Source: Candidatus Saccharimonadales bacterium (GTDB lineage: Bacteria; Patescibacteriota; Saccharimonadia; Saccharimonadales; SZUA-47). Taken from it: DNA of 64,000 nt. How positions within the stretch are numbered: the first letter of the stretch is position 1; each line of letters starts with the position of its first letter. The DNA lies in NCBI GenBank assembly GCA_038211855.1, contig JBBQVE010000002.1, positions 6,332-70,331 of the forward strand, written 5' to 3'. Made by a program: the position numbers and the translations under genes. Below the pieces are notes generated by a model. It was not told the origin of the DNA, searched no databases, and was given only the letters and a program-made list of their open reading frames with translations. Below are positions 1-9,618 of this stretch, one piece after another.

Positions 1-65
1 TTGATTTCCCCGGTCTTGTAAAGCTGATGGTTGAGCATGATCTGAAACTAGAATCGAATAGTTAG
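1..65 (+). CDS. 3' end of a gene running in from the left edge; peptide DFPGLVKLMVEHDLKLESNS resembles the C-terminus of GDP-mannose 4,6-dehydratase
   Basis: Frame 3 is open from the window edge to TAG at 63-65. Only 20 codons are visible, and the similarity is judged from memory of Gmd C-termini. Confidence 0.35.
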   Translation, partial: DFPGLVKLMVEHDLKLESNS

Positions 66-67
66 GA

Positions 68-1015
68 CTACTCGGTAGCCGAAAGAGCATAGTCATGAAT
101 CGTCTGTACAAGCGACACAGCCGGCTTCCAGCCAGTATCTTGCTGTAAGTGCTGGGCATCACCTGTAATGCGTGGCGAGTCGGGTAATGGTGCATCGTCG
201 ATAATCGTATAGTTAGTAAAGCCAAGTTCTTTTGCGATTATTTGGAAGAGATCGCGGCCATATACGGCAGTGCCGCTCGCAACATTGTAAGTTGAGACGG
301 TTAAAGTTGAGGCATTTGCCACAGCTAATAATCGGTAAGCTTTCACAACGTCACGTACATCAGTAAAATCGCGCCAAAAATTGTAAGCATCCGCAGCTGT
401 CATGCTCTCGCCATTCTTCAGAGCATTTTTAATCTGCGAGACTTTGTCGGGCACAAAGAAGCCGAGACCTTGATAAGGACCAATATGATTAAAAGGACGA
501 ACAGTGATAATATCGAGGCCGTTCGCTCTATATTCCTCAGCGAGTGCTTCAACTCGCAACTTACTTCGTATATACGGATTAGTCTCATCAACATCAGGGA
601 GTAATTTTGAAGTTTCAAGAAGCGGCATAGACTGAGCCGAATCATAGGCGAGGCCCGTACTTACGGCAATAACTCGGGCAGTCGATCCAAACGACGCCAA
701 AGTCGCATAAAGTGCTCGGTGAGCCTCCACATTTATCCGCAGCACGGCCGCTGCAACTTCAGGACTATTATTGGTGGTGGCAATGCCTGCGAGGTGGATG
801 ATCGCAGTCATTTCTTTTAGTTGTGACTTCATCCTATCCACAGCAGTTTGATCAGTTAAGTCACAAGAAATGTAGTCGTCTAGTAAATTTTTTAATCGCT
901 CATGCGGTGTTTCTTCGAGACCTAAACCAACTACTTTGTAGCCCGTTTGATGCAACTCGCGAGCCATGTGTTGCCCAACGAAGCCATTCACGCCAGTTAT
1001 AAGAATGGTAGTCAT
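68..1015 (-). CDS. NAD-dependent sugar epimerase/reductase (extended SDR); possibly a GDP-4-keto-6-deoxymannose reductase-type enzyme
   Basis: 315 aa ORF. N-terminal Rossmann motif ILITGVNGFVGQH and catalytic YIRSK (YxxxK). Convergent with the Gmd-like fragment. Confidence 0.75.
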   Translation of the reverse strand: MTTILITGVNGFVGQHMARELHQTGYKVVGLGLEETPHERLKNLLDDYISCDLTDQTAVDRMKSQLKEMTAIIHLAGIATTNNSPEVAAAVLRINVEAHRALYATLASFGSTARVIAVSTGLAYDSAQSMPLLETSKLLPDVDETNPYIRSKLRVEALAEEYRANGLDIITVRPFNHIGPYQGLGFFVPDKVSQIKNALKNGESMTAADAYNFWRDFTDVRDVVKAYRLLAVANASTLTVSTYNVASGTAVYGRDLFQIIAKELGFTNYTIIDDAPLPDSPRITGDAQHLQQDTGWKPAVSLVQTIHDYALSATE

Positions 1016-1966
1016 TTATACGGGCCTCTTTTTGTAGAGCATTGAATCGATATAGGCGATGCTCACTTTTCGATTTTTTTGTATAGTGCGACGATCAACT
1101 ATGACTTGCGGAATGAGGGTGAGGAACTTCCCAAATGATTTTATTTGAATCAAGAAGCGGCGGTGAATGATCGACGACACAAACATACGAGCACACTGGG
1201 TCGCATAAAGAGGGAGGTACTTCCAAAATAGCCATCCAGGCATGTTTTTGGCATAGAGCATATAAAAATTTTTGGTGGCATGGTAACGGGTAAAAGAGCC
1301 AAGTTGAGAGCTCGTTGCCGATATTCTATGATAGGCTCGAGCTTTGGGCGCGTAGCTAACGAGCCAGCCGGCAAGCTGTGCCCGAAAGCTAATGTCTACA
1401 TCCTCGTAGTAAGCAAAAAAGTTTTCATCAAAAATGCCAATCTTTTTTAGCAGTGCCGATCGGTAAAGACTCGCCCCACCACTGGCACTAAAAACAAATT
1501 CGTTTTTGTCATATTGTCCGATATCCTTTTGATTTCTGGCGCGGGGGAATGGCAGTCCCCAGACGGAGTAAAAATCACCGGTGCTATCAAAATGCAGTTC
1601 GTCGGTATGCAGTAACTTGCAGGTTGCGATGCCGATTTTAGCATTATCTTCAAGAGTAGTAATGAGCTCTTGCAGCCAATGCTTATCTACGGTAGCGTCA
1701 TTATTAAGCAGAGCTACAGCATCATAGCCCTGTTCAAGGGAATACCTTATGCCGGTGTTAACGCCTCCCGCAAAACCAGTGTTTTTAGGGAGCTTTATGA
1801 GATGTACCATGGGGTACTTTTTTTCGACTAAGTTAATTGAATCATCTATTGAGCCATTATCAACTACAACAATAGTAGTTTTTACGGTTTGTAAAAGCAG
1901 AGAATCCAAGCATTCGCCCAGCCATTTATCGCCGTTCCAATTAGGAATCACCACAGTTGTCCGCAT
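1016..1966 (-). CDS. glycosyltransferase family 2
   Basis: 316 aa. VVIPNWNG start, VVVDNGSIDDS, NTGFAGGVN and LLNNDA motifs typical of GT2 rhamnosyl-type transferases. Abuts the previous gene (1015/1016). Confidence 0.85.
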   Translation of the reverse strand: MRTTVVIPNWNGDKWLGECLDSLLLQTVKTTIVVVDNGSIDDSINLVEKKYPMVHLIKLPKNTGFAGGVNTGIRYSLEQGYDAVALLNNDATVDKHWLQELITTLEDNAKIGIATCKLLHTDELHFDSTGDFYSVWGLPFPRARNQKDIGQYDKNEFVFSASGGASLYRSALLKKIGIFDENFFAYYEDVDISFRAQLAGWLVSYAPKARAYHRISATSSQLGSFTRYHATKNFYMLYAKNMPGWLFWKYLPLYATQCARMFVSSIIHRRFLIQIKSFGKFLTLIPQVIVDRRTIQKNRKVSIAYIDSMLYKKRPV

Positions 1967-1986
1967 GCTATAATAGTACTTGATTT

Positions 1987-2787
1987 ATGCCACTTTTATC
2001 TAAAACAAATAAAGCAATTTTAAGCGAGATGATACGCACTGACTTCAAGTTGCGATACCAAAACTCGGTTCTCGGCTACCTGTGGTCATTATTGCGACCA
2101 CTATTATTATCACTCATCTTGTATGTCGTGTTTGTAAACTTCCTACTTATTGGAGGTAATATACGGCATTACGCGTCATATCTTCTGCTTGGAATTATGA
2201 GCTGGACCTTCTTTATTGAAATTACGATGGGTGGTGTCGGTGCAGTGGTGGCAAAGGGAGATCTGATTCGTAAAATTTCAATTCCCCGTTATTTAACTGT
2301 CGTTTCAACCTCGGCGTCGGCGCTCATTAACTTTGGTCTAAATTTTATGGTATTGATTGCCATCATGGTAGTGAGTGGGGTTGAAGTACAGGCAAAATTG
2401 CTACTTTTTATACCGCTACTACTCGTAGAGCTGTATATGCTTTCGCTGGCTCTGGCCTTTATCCTGTCAGCGGCATTTGTAAAATTTCGCGATCTCTCTT
2501 TTATCTGGGAGGTGTTTACGCAGATGTTCTTTTATTTGACGCCGATAATCTATCCAGCCAGTAAAATTCTCGACAGATACCAACATTTTGGCAAGCTCAT
2601 ATTATTGAACCCGCTGGCACAAATTATTCAGGACCTACGTTATATTTTAGTAACCCCACAGACGCAAACAACTTGGCAACAACTGGGTGGGTACGCTGTT
2701 GTACCACCGATTCTTGTCATTGGCACGGCCCTGTACGCAGTCTGGTATTTTAAGCGTGAGTCTAAGACTTTCGCGGAGAATGTTTAA
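1987..2787 (+). CDS. ABC-2 type polysaccharide/teichoic-acid export permease (Wzm/TagG-like)
   Basis: 266 aa with six predicted hydrophobic segments. N-terminal RTDFKLRYQNSVLGYLWSLLRPLL is the ABC-2 permease signature. Followed 4 nt later by the ATPase gene. Confidence 0.85.
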   Translation: MPLLSKTNKAILSEMIRTDFKLRYQNSVLGYLWSLLRPLLLSLILYVVFVNFLLIGGNIRHYASYLLLGIMSWTFFIEITMGGVGAVVAKGDLIRKISIPRYLTVVSTSASALINFGLNFMVLIAIMVVSGVEVQAKLLLFIPLLLVELYMLSLALAFILSAAFVKFRDLSFIWEVFTQMFFYLTPIIYPASKILDRYQHFGKLILLNPLAQIIQDLRYILVTPQTQTTWQQLGGYAVVPPILVIGTALYAVWYFKRESKTFAENV

Positions 2788-2790
2788 GTC

Positions 2791-3969
2791 ATGCCCGTCG
2801 CTATTTCAGTCAAAAGTGTTGCTAAGTATTTTTCTCCTTCCAAGGGCCAAAGAAGCATGAAGCAAGCAGTAACTTCGCTTTTTAGCAGCGAAAAAGCCAC
2901 CCAGAAAGATGGTTACTGGGCCTTAAAAGATGTGAGCTTTGAAGTTCAAGAAGGTGACTTTTTTGGAATAGTAGGTCGTAATGGAAGTGGCAAAAGTACC
3001 CTGTTAAAAATGATAGCAGGCGTGTATTCACCAACAAAAGGCACAATTAACGTCGAGGGAAAGTTAGTGCCATTTATTGAACTTGGTGTTGGCTTCAATC
3101 CTGAACTCACTGCTCGCGACAACGTATTTTTAAATGGTGCACTCCTAGGTTTTGACCGCGGCGAAATGGAAAACATGTATGAAGAGATCGTATCATTTGC
3201 GGAACTACAAGAACATATGGATGTGAAGCTTAAAAACTTTAGTAGCGGTATGCAAGTGCGTCTGGCCTTTTCGATAGCGATCAGGGCAAAGAGCGATGTT
3301 TTGCTTTTAGATGAGGTATTAGCAGTCGGTGATGCTGCTTTTCAGAAAAAGTGCTTTGACTATTTCCGACTACTAAAAAAGGAGAATCGAACGGTGGTTT
3401 TTATCAGCCACGACATGAACGCGATTCGCGAATATTGCACAAAAGCTGTTTTGCTAGACGAAGGACTGATAATCACTCGTGGTACGCCAGAGACGGTTGC
3501 CAAACAATATATCAAGATGTTCCAAAATGAATCTGCTAATCAAAAGGCCATGGGTGAAAAAAGATGGGGAAACGGCGTCGTAAAAATCAAAGACCTAAAA
3601 GCACACATTAAAGAAGATAAAATCGACATAAAAGTGACCTATGACGTCATGCAAGCTTGTGTGAATCCAGTACTAGGGCTGTCAGTTTTTAGTCCTGTTG
3701 GCACGAAGATTTTTGAATCAAACACGAAGTGGAAAAAGATGAAGACTGGAGAATTTAAAGCGGGTAGTGTTATTACTGCTGACTGGGAATTGCCAAATAT
3801 CTTCACGAATGGGAATAACGCTGTCACGTTGGCAGTAGCTAACGAAGACGCAACCGAGTTTTACGACTGGTGGGACGAAGCGTATAATCTTATTATTGAT
3901 AAAGACGATATTACTTCCGCGGTTACACTTCCGGAATTTAATCTTAGGATAAGTAGCTCAAATGATTAA
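2791..3969 (+). CDS. ABC exporter ATP-binding protein (Wzt/TagH-like) with an approximately 145 aa C-terminal extension
   Basis: Walker A GRNGSGKST, signature FSSGMQVRLAFS and Walker B VLLLDEVLAVGD. Residues from about 250 to 392 lie beyond the nucleotide-binding domain and look beta-rich. Confidence 0.85.
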   Translation: MPVAISVKSVAKYFSPSKGQRSMKQAVTSLFSSEKATQKDGYWALKDVSFEVQEGDFFGIVGRNGSGKSTLLKMIAGVYSPTKGTINVEGKLVPFIELGVGFNPELTARDNVFLNGALLGFDRGEMENMYEEIVSFAELQEHMDVKLKNFSSGMQVRLAFSIAIRAKSDVLLLDEVLAVGDAAFQKKCFDYFRLLKKENRTVVFISHDMNAIREYCTKAVLLDEGLIITRGTPETVAKQYIKMFQNESANQKAMGEKRWGNGVVKIKDLKAHIKEDKIDIKVTYDVMQACVNPVLGLSVFSPVGTKIFESNTKWKKMKTGEFKAGSVITADWELPNIFTNGNNAVTLAVANEDATEFYDWWDEAYNLIIDKDDITSAVTLPEFNLRISSSND

Positions 3970-4918
3970 AGACCTAGTCAAAGACAAAAGTATCAAAGAA
4001 GAGGGTGAGCGCATGGTGCCAGCGTTCCACCGCGGCAATCTCGTCTACGGTGAGCATATCTCACGCTATGAGAGCGTAAAAGAGCTGTTAAAAGACAAGA
4101 CAGTTCTTGATATTGCCTCTGGATCGGGTTACGGTACGTATTTATTAGCTGAAAAGGCCAAAAAAATCTACGGTGTTGATGTCGACGAAGATGCTGTGGA
4201 ATATGCTAAAAGAAACTACGGTGGAAAAAACATTGAATACTTGCTCGGAGATGCCGAAAAAATACCACTTGAGGATAAAAGTGTAGACGTTGTCGTAACA
4301 TTTGAAACGATCGAGCATATAAAAGACTATAAAAAGTTTATGAGAGAGATAAAGCGAGTTCTAAAGCCAGGCGGGTTTGCAGTTATTTCTACACCGAATG
4401 ATCCGGAATTTCCCGAGGGGAATCACTTTCATCTTCATGAATTTGAAGAAAAAGAGCTCGGACTGCTGATCGCTCAATACTTCAAGTACCAGAAGTTTTA
4501 CTATCAATACACTTGGCTGGCTGCTGGAATAGTGTCGGACGAAAAAGCCTCACAAGAAAAATCTTACCCACTCGATCTGCATAATGTCGCACCCGTACCA
4601 ACGACGAAGGCTATTTATTTCTTAGTTGTGTGTTCGGATGAGGCAATCTCTGCACATACAATTGATGACAGCCTATTTCTTTCGGAGCACTACAGCGCCC
4701 GCAAGAAATCGGAAGATGACACTGCAAAAAAGAACTATGTCGAGTACCTAGAAAACGAAGTCAGAAGGCTTCACAAAGTGAACGCTGTACAAATAGACAA
4801 AGTTGCTGAACTAAAGGGCAAGGCCGACCAGCTTAGAGCTGAAGTAGCAGAAATTCACAACTCAAGAGCCTGGAAAACGGTGACAAAAGTACGCAAACTA
4901 AAAGACAAACTACACTAA
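3962..4918 (+). CDS. class I SAM-dependent methyltransferase with a C-terminal coiled coil
   Basis: Motif I VLDIASGSGYG and DVVVTFETIEH. The last 70 aa or so (YVEYLENEVRRLHKVNAVQIDKVAELKGKADQLRAEVAEIHNSRAW) have heptad character. Overlaps the wzt stop by 8 nt. Confidence 0.8.
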   Translation: MIKDLVKDKSIKEEGERMVPAFHRGNLVYGEHISRYESVKELLKDKTVLDIASGSGYGTYLLAEKAKKIYGVDVDEDAVEYAKRNYGGKNIEYLLGDAEKIPLEDKSVDVVVTFETIEHIKDYKKFMREIKRVLKPGGFAVISTPNDPEFPEGNHFHLHEFEEKELGLLIAQYFKYQKFYYQYTWLAAGIVSDEKASQEKSYPLDLHNVAPVPTTKAIYFLVVCSDEAISAHTIDDSLFLSEHYSARKKSEDDTAKKNYVEYLENEVRRLHKVNAVQIDKVAELKGKADQLRAEVAEIHNSRAWKTVTKVRKLKDKLH

Positions 4919-6133
4919 ATCTTTGAAGATATCGGCCACTCGCTCTACAAAATGAGCCTTATCGTAAAGCTTGGCGCCTTTTATGTTTAACGCAACAAGC
5001 TGCTGCTTTTTACTTTCAGGCAGGTTCACAAAAGCTGAAGTAAGCGCCTCGAGCTCCTCGAGCGTATTCCAAGCATAGCCTCCGCCGCTTCGGGTCAAAA
5101 TATCCTTTTGTCCACCGCCTTCATACACGATCGGCACACAGCCAGTACTCATCGATTCAACGGTTGTTATGCCAAAATGCTCCTGCATTTCGGGATGCTT
5201 CGCTTTGCTGATCCCGTAGCCAGTCGCGTGCCAGTACATTGATGCCTCATTAAATAGTCGTTTAACGTCGGGAAAGTCAGCATTGAAATGAAAGTGCACC
5301 GGAAGTCCCTCGGCCTTTTTGAGGAGCCCGAGAATGTATCTGAGCGCCCCCGCGTCTTCGGCGACTGATCCTACAAAATGTAGCTCCCAGCCGTTTTTGT
5401 GAAGATCCTTCATCGTGCTAAAGGCTTCTAGCATGGCATCCTGACGCTTGTGATGGTTTCCGATAATTCTCTCAAAAAAGCGACCAGTATTTAAGATGAT
5501 TTTCTTTTTTTCTGATGAGTTTTTATCTGCCATATCTTCACATATTGGGTACAGAAGCTCGCTCGTAGTACCCCAGTACTCTTTTATGTAGGTAGTAGTA
5601 AATTCCGATATCGAAACAATCTCATCGTAACTTTGGACACTTTCGGTAAAGCCACGATGAATAAAGCTAAGGTAGAGTTGTCGAAGTATCCGTCGGTAAA
5701 AAGCTTTCAAGGCATTGCTCGGTTTCTTATTGGTACTCTCCAGCTTTTGAGGGAACATACATACATAGACACCAAACTTACCAAGACTCGGTAAATTGCT
5801 GTGATAACAGTGGTTTATAAACACATCAAATTTGTACTTTTTTATATAGTGAACATTGCGCTGATCATAGAAAAAGTTTTTCAGACCTATAGGTATTTTC
5901 GAACGTCTTACTATGCGCATAAACCTCGTATCAAGATCCAAGACGGTCACGCTGACTCTCGACAAATCGAGCTTAAAATATATGGCAAGCTTATCAAGAT
6001 CGACTTTCTCGTAAGTCAGCATAGTTACCTGTATTTGGTCATTTTCAGAAAGTATTTCAGCGAGGGTTAAGCACACTTTTTCGCCACCACCGCGAGTATT
6101 CAAATAAGGGTTGTATATCGCAATTGTCTTCAA
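4910..6133 (-). CDS. glycosyltransferase family 4 (GT-B fold)
   Basis: 407 aa. N-terminal IAIYNPYLNTRGGGEKV and C-terminal EHFGITTVESMSTGCVPIV (the E-x7-E region). Confidence 0.8.
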   Translation of the reverse strand: MKTIAIYNPYLNTRGGGEKVCLTLAEILSENDQIQVTMLTYEKVDLDKLAIYFKLDLSRVSVTVLDLDTRFMRIVRRSKIPIGLKNFFYDQRNVHYIKKYKFDVFINHCYHSNLPSLGKFGVYVCMFPQKLESTNKKPSNALKAFYRRILRQLYLSFIHRGFTESVQSYDEIVSISEFTTTYIKEYWGTTSELLYPICEDMADKNSSEKKKIILNTGRFFERIIGNHHKRQDAMLEAFSTMKDLHKNGWELHFVGSVAEDAGALRYILGLLKKAEGLPVHFHFNADFPDVKRLFNEASMYWHATGYGISKAKHPEMQEHFGITTVESMSTGCVPIVYEGGGQKDILTRSGGGYAWNTLEELEALTSAFVNLPESKKQQLVALNIKGAKLYDKAHFVERVADIFKDLV

Positions 6134-7164
6134 AGCAGATCCTCTTTGATTAGTTTTGTTCTCTTTAGTAAAGCATAAGGAGTGAGTAAGGCAATCGAAA
6201 GTAACATTTTTTGACTTAGGAGGAACTCCTTCAGAGCTTGTTTCTTGCCGTAACGTCCACGGAGCGATGCAACTATGTTTTTAATACGAAAGACGAAGTG
6301 ATCTTTAAGGGTTGCCTTGCAACCACTCAGGATAATTCGTAAACGGGCATTCTTTAGGAGTATTAAGACACGATTACGGGCAACAAAGTGGTTAAAGAGT
6401 ATCGAGCCTTCGACGCTTGAACCGGTGTGCACATGGTAGGCAACAGCTTTACCGGCGAAGTAAAACGTATGTCCGGCTTTTTGACCACGCCAAGATAAAT
6501 CTCCATCCTCAAAATACATAAAAAAACGACTGTCGAACATACCGACTGTATGCAAGAATTCCCGGCTAAAAAGCACGCAGGCACCGCAAAAAGCGCTAAT
6601 CTCACGATCGGTCTCGTATTGGCCTGTATCTTGCTCATTCATACCAATTTCATAGGTTGGCCAGTTACTTTTTGGCTCTAATCGTGAACCGGCGTTGTTG
6701 ATGTAGCCAGGCTTATTTAAAAACATCAATTTTACAGTAGTTACGCTCGCTTGATATTTTTGCGCCGCTATGACGAGTTCTTTTACGACGTTTTTGTCGA
6801 GTTCGAGGTCATTATTACAGACGAGTATGTATTCGCCACGGGCTTGCTTCATACCCAGATTATTACCCCCCGCGTAGCCATAATTACCTTTGTTGCAGAC
6901 AATTTTAATACGATCGTCATTTGCATACTGCTGCTGAACATATGCAACAGAGTCATCGCTCGAGGCATTATCGGTAAATAGCAGCTCCATTTTATCTCTT
7001 GCATACGTTTGAGCAGCGAAAGACTTCATAAACGGCTCTATAAAACGTTTTCCATTCCAGTTCAGAACAACTATGGACACGAGCGGGAAGTTGTCATTAG
7101 CATAGCTCGCTGCAGAGGAGGTAGTCATCCTAATAATTCTATAGGTTACTGCCTGTACGGGCAA
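6130..7164 (-). CDS. glycosyltransferase family 2
   Basis: VSIVVLNWNG, FTDNASSDDS, NYGYAGGNN, CNNDLE and FMYFEDGDLSWR. The ORF start at 7164 is TTG; the ATG at 7128 is an equally plausible start. Confidence 0.8.
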   Translation of the reverse strand: MPVQAVTYRIIRMTTSSAASYANDNFPLVSIVVLNWNGKRFIEPFMKSFAAQTYARDKMELLFTDNASSDDSVAYVQQQYANDDRIKIVCNKGNYGYAGGNNLGMKQARGEYILVCNNDLELDKNVVKELVIAAQKYQASVTTVKLMFLNKPGYINNAGSRLEPKSNWPTYEIGMNEQDTGQYETDREISAFCGACVLFSREFLHTVGMFDSRFFMYFEDGDLSWRGQKAGHTFYFAGKAVAYHVHTGSSVEGSILFNHFVARNRVLILLKNARLRIILSGCKATLKDHFVFRIKNIVASLRGRYGKKQALKEFLLSQKMLLSIALLTPYALLKRTKLIKEDLL

Positions 7165-7185
7165 GCAATCTATAGGCTACGTAAA

Positions 7186-8949
7186 CTAGTTTAGGCCAAT
7201 GTCAGGTCCGCTTAAGGTGGGCAACTGATCGTCGCTGACAAGTCTTACAGCTGCAAAGCGATAATCCAAACCAACGAAATTATAGTATGTACCAAAAGAG
7301 CGCTTCTTCATGTTTACACCAGTAGCATCAAGGTCAACTATATAAACGGTTGACCCTGCGCCCTTAAGCATTGTTCCTTCGCCATACCATGTCACTGGCC
7401 AAGTGATTGGCAGAAGATTATCACCAGCGGTCGCTATCTTAACGCTTGACCACGTGAAATGATGGCTAAATAATATGTTGCCCGAGGTCATACTGTGGCG
7501 CTCGCCGTTAATAAGGTAATAAACGATTGGGCTGTTGCTGTCACGAATGAGGGTTCCATTGGCGTGTGGCGCTAGGCTGGCACCGTAAGGATCATCAGTT
7601 GGAATAACAGTTAGTTCGCTATCGGGTATATTGAGGACTTCGCCAAACGTGTAGCCAAGCCGAACGAAATTCTCGATGCTATCGAGCGATCGCTTATGGT
7701 TTACGCCCGAGACATTTTGAATAATGTACACGATAGGTCCTGATCCACGAACAACGCTACCTTCGCGGTATTGGAGCGGTGCAGGATTGGTCGTATGTGC
7801 TGTATCGAGATCCGATGCCGCCATGAGTGAAAGATCACCCTGCGTCGCAATTTTTACTTGCCCAAAATCAAAGCCCCAGCTCATGAAAACACCCAACGAA
7901 GTTGCATAAGACGCACCACCATCCTTTAATACATAAACATGGGAGGCATTTGGTCCGGCCGCTGGACGCACGAGAGTACCATCGGGATGCGCAATTGACA
8001 ACTGACCACTGTTTGTCGATCCAAAACCGAACGTATCCTGAAAGATAGTGACAAAACTTTGATTACCATGAAAATGAGGTGTGTACCAATAAAGAGCTGC
8101 CGTCGCGCCAGTGTCGATATGTACAGTTGTGCTATCAATCGTGAAATAGCCATCATAGTAAGTGGGCTGTGCACAACCTCCCATAGCCGCCCTAGAACGA
8201 TTACCTTGCGTCATAGGTCCACCGTAACACGAAGGAGGATCGTCGGAATTGTCCCAATGGTCGCCATTCTGGGGTGCATTAGTAAGCTGTACATTCCAAG
8301 CAGTGTTTCCAAGAGCGCGTTGCTGGCCAAAACGGAGTAGCCAGGCACCATGTATAACCTGAGCAGTAAAACCAGCTTTTGAAAGGCTGTTCACACAAGT
8401 ACCACTCACTGACGTAACTTGAGAGCCTGCCGTTGTCACAACAAAATTACTATCAAAGTGCGTGCCGGTTGAGTACAGATTTGCGTTGGAATAAGAATAG
8501 GTCGTACCACCATCTGGACAGCCGTAGCCCATAGCTCCCGTGTAAGCGAGATTATCGCAACCACCGCCACCCGTGACGAGACTTTGTTCTTTCTGGAGTG
8601 TCGTTATGAGTACCTGGGGGTTAATACCATATGCCTGAGCAGCGTCATAGATAACTGCGCCTGCCGAAACGCTTTGACCATACGTATAGCCACCTGAGGG
8701 GCTATATCCTGTTGGATCAACCGACGAGAAGCCACTATTTGGGCTAATACAGCTATTTGTGTAGCGATTAAGAAACAGATTAATATCGTGTGCGTTCATC
8801 GTGGAAGTATTTTGAAACACCGAGTCACTAGCGATATTATTTTGGTCTAAAGTTGCCGCTCTAGCCTTTGTGGGCGATACACCAAAAACACCAATCATAA
8901 AAATAAGTAAGAGACTAACACGAAGTAATTTTTTGGTCATATATATCAT
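7186..8949 (-). CDS. secreted protein with a cysteine-rich N-terminal domain and four tandem C-terminal repeats of about 60 aa each
   Basis: Signal peptide MTKKLLRVSLLLIFMIGVFGVSPTKARA (alternative start 8940). The motif AAQAYGINPQVLITTLQKEQSL recalls wall-hydrolase-associated proteins. Repeats span aa 321-582. Confidence 0.7.
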   Translation of the reverse strand: MIYMTKKLLRVSLLLIFMIGVFGVSPTKARAATLDQNNIASDSVFQNTSTMNAHDINLFLNRYTNSCISPNSGFSSVDPTGYSPSGGYTYGQSVSAGAVIYDAAQAYGINPQVLITTLQKEQSLVTGGGGCDNLAYTGAMGYGCPDGGTTYSYSNANLYSTGTHFDSNFVVTTAGSQVTSVSGTCVNSLSKAGFTAQVIHGAWLLRFGQQRALGNTAWNVQLTNAPQNGDHWDNSDDPPSCYGGPMTQGNRSRAAMGGCAQPTYYDGYFTIDSTTVHIDTGATAALYWYTPHFHGNQSFVTIFQDTFGFGSTNSGQLSIAHPDGTLVRPAAGPNASHVYVLKDGGASYATSLGVFMSWGFDFGQVKIATQGDLSLMAASDLDTAHTTNPAPLQYREGSVVRGSGPIVYIIQNVSGVNHKRSLDSIENFVRLGYTFGEVLNIPDSELTVIPTDDPYGASLAPHANGTLIRDSNSPIVYYLINGERHSMTSGNILFSHHFTWSSVKIATAGDNLLPITWPVTWYGEGTMLKGAGSTVYIVDLDATGVNMKKRSFGTYYNFVGLDYRFAAVRLVSDDQLPTLSGPDIGLN

Positions 8950-9524
8950 TGTGTCACCGTTAGGTTGAGCGTGTCACTCGTTGATTGAGTTTTTCCATTT
9001 AATGTTGCAGTTGCTGTAATGCTCCAAATACCTTCACTCAGCCCTGTTGAGCCTACGTTCCATGACCAATAGGCGGTACCATCTGAATCTGTTTTTTTAT
9101 CGCCGAGTGACTTCGTTATGCCATCTTTGCTGAAGCTAATGTTGCAGGTTGCACCAGGACTGGTGATACAGGTTGATTGTTCTGCATCGGCAAGATGGGG
9201 TGCGTGGTTACTCACAAAATTGCCGTAAGGCTTTTTAGGGGGGTCAGTAGAAATGGGTGGTGGCGTCGTAGCTGGTGGTGAAGTAGGCGTCGTACCTTTG
9301 TCAGTAGTCGTTGAAGGCTGGCTGCCCTTCGTATCGACTGGAGTTGACGAACCGTTCGAAGACGAAGTCGATGCCGGGACGGTAGTAGCGTTATTACGGT
9401 GACGCAACACTACAAAAGTAGCTGTTGCAACTGCTAGCGCCAAAACAACTAAAAGAACACTATAAAGTCGGCGATTTTTTACAACCTTTGATTTGTAGCG
9501 ATAAGTTGAATTTTTGTGCTTCAT
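8946..9524 (-). CDS. membrane-anchored Ser/Thr/Pro-rich protein with a small C-terminal beta-sandwich-like domain
   Basis: Start taken at MKHKNSTYRYK. TM segment LYSVLLVVLALAVATATFVVL, an S/T/P-rich linker, then ...DGTAYWSWNVGSTGLSEGIWSITATATLNGK. Confidence 0.6.
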   Translation of the reverse strand: MKHKNSTYRYKSKVVKNRRLYSVLLVVLALAVATATFVVLRHRNNATTVPASTSSSNGSSTPVDTKGSQPSTTTDKGTTPTSPPATTPPPISTDPPKKPYGNFVSNHAPHLADAEQSTCITSPGATCNISFSKDGITKSLGDKKTDSDGTAYWSWNVGSTGLSEGIWSITATATLNGKTQSTSDTLNLTVTQ

Positions 9525-9618
9525 GACGTCTTTTTTATTTTGAAAGGAACCTGTGCATATCATACCAGCAGACGGCAGGTAAATCAAGATAATGTGTTTG
9601 GTATACTTTAGGGAGAAA

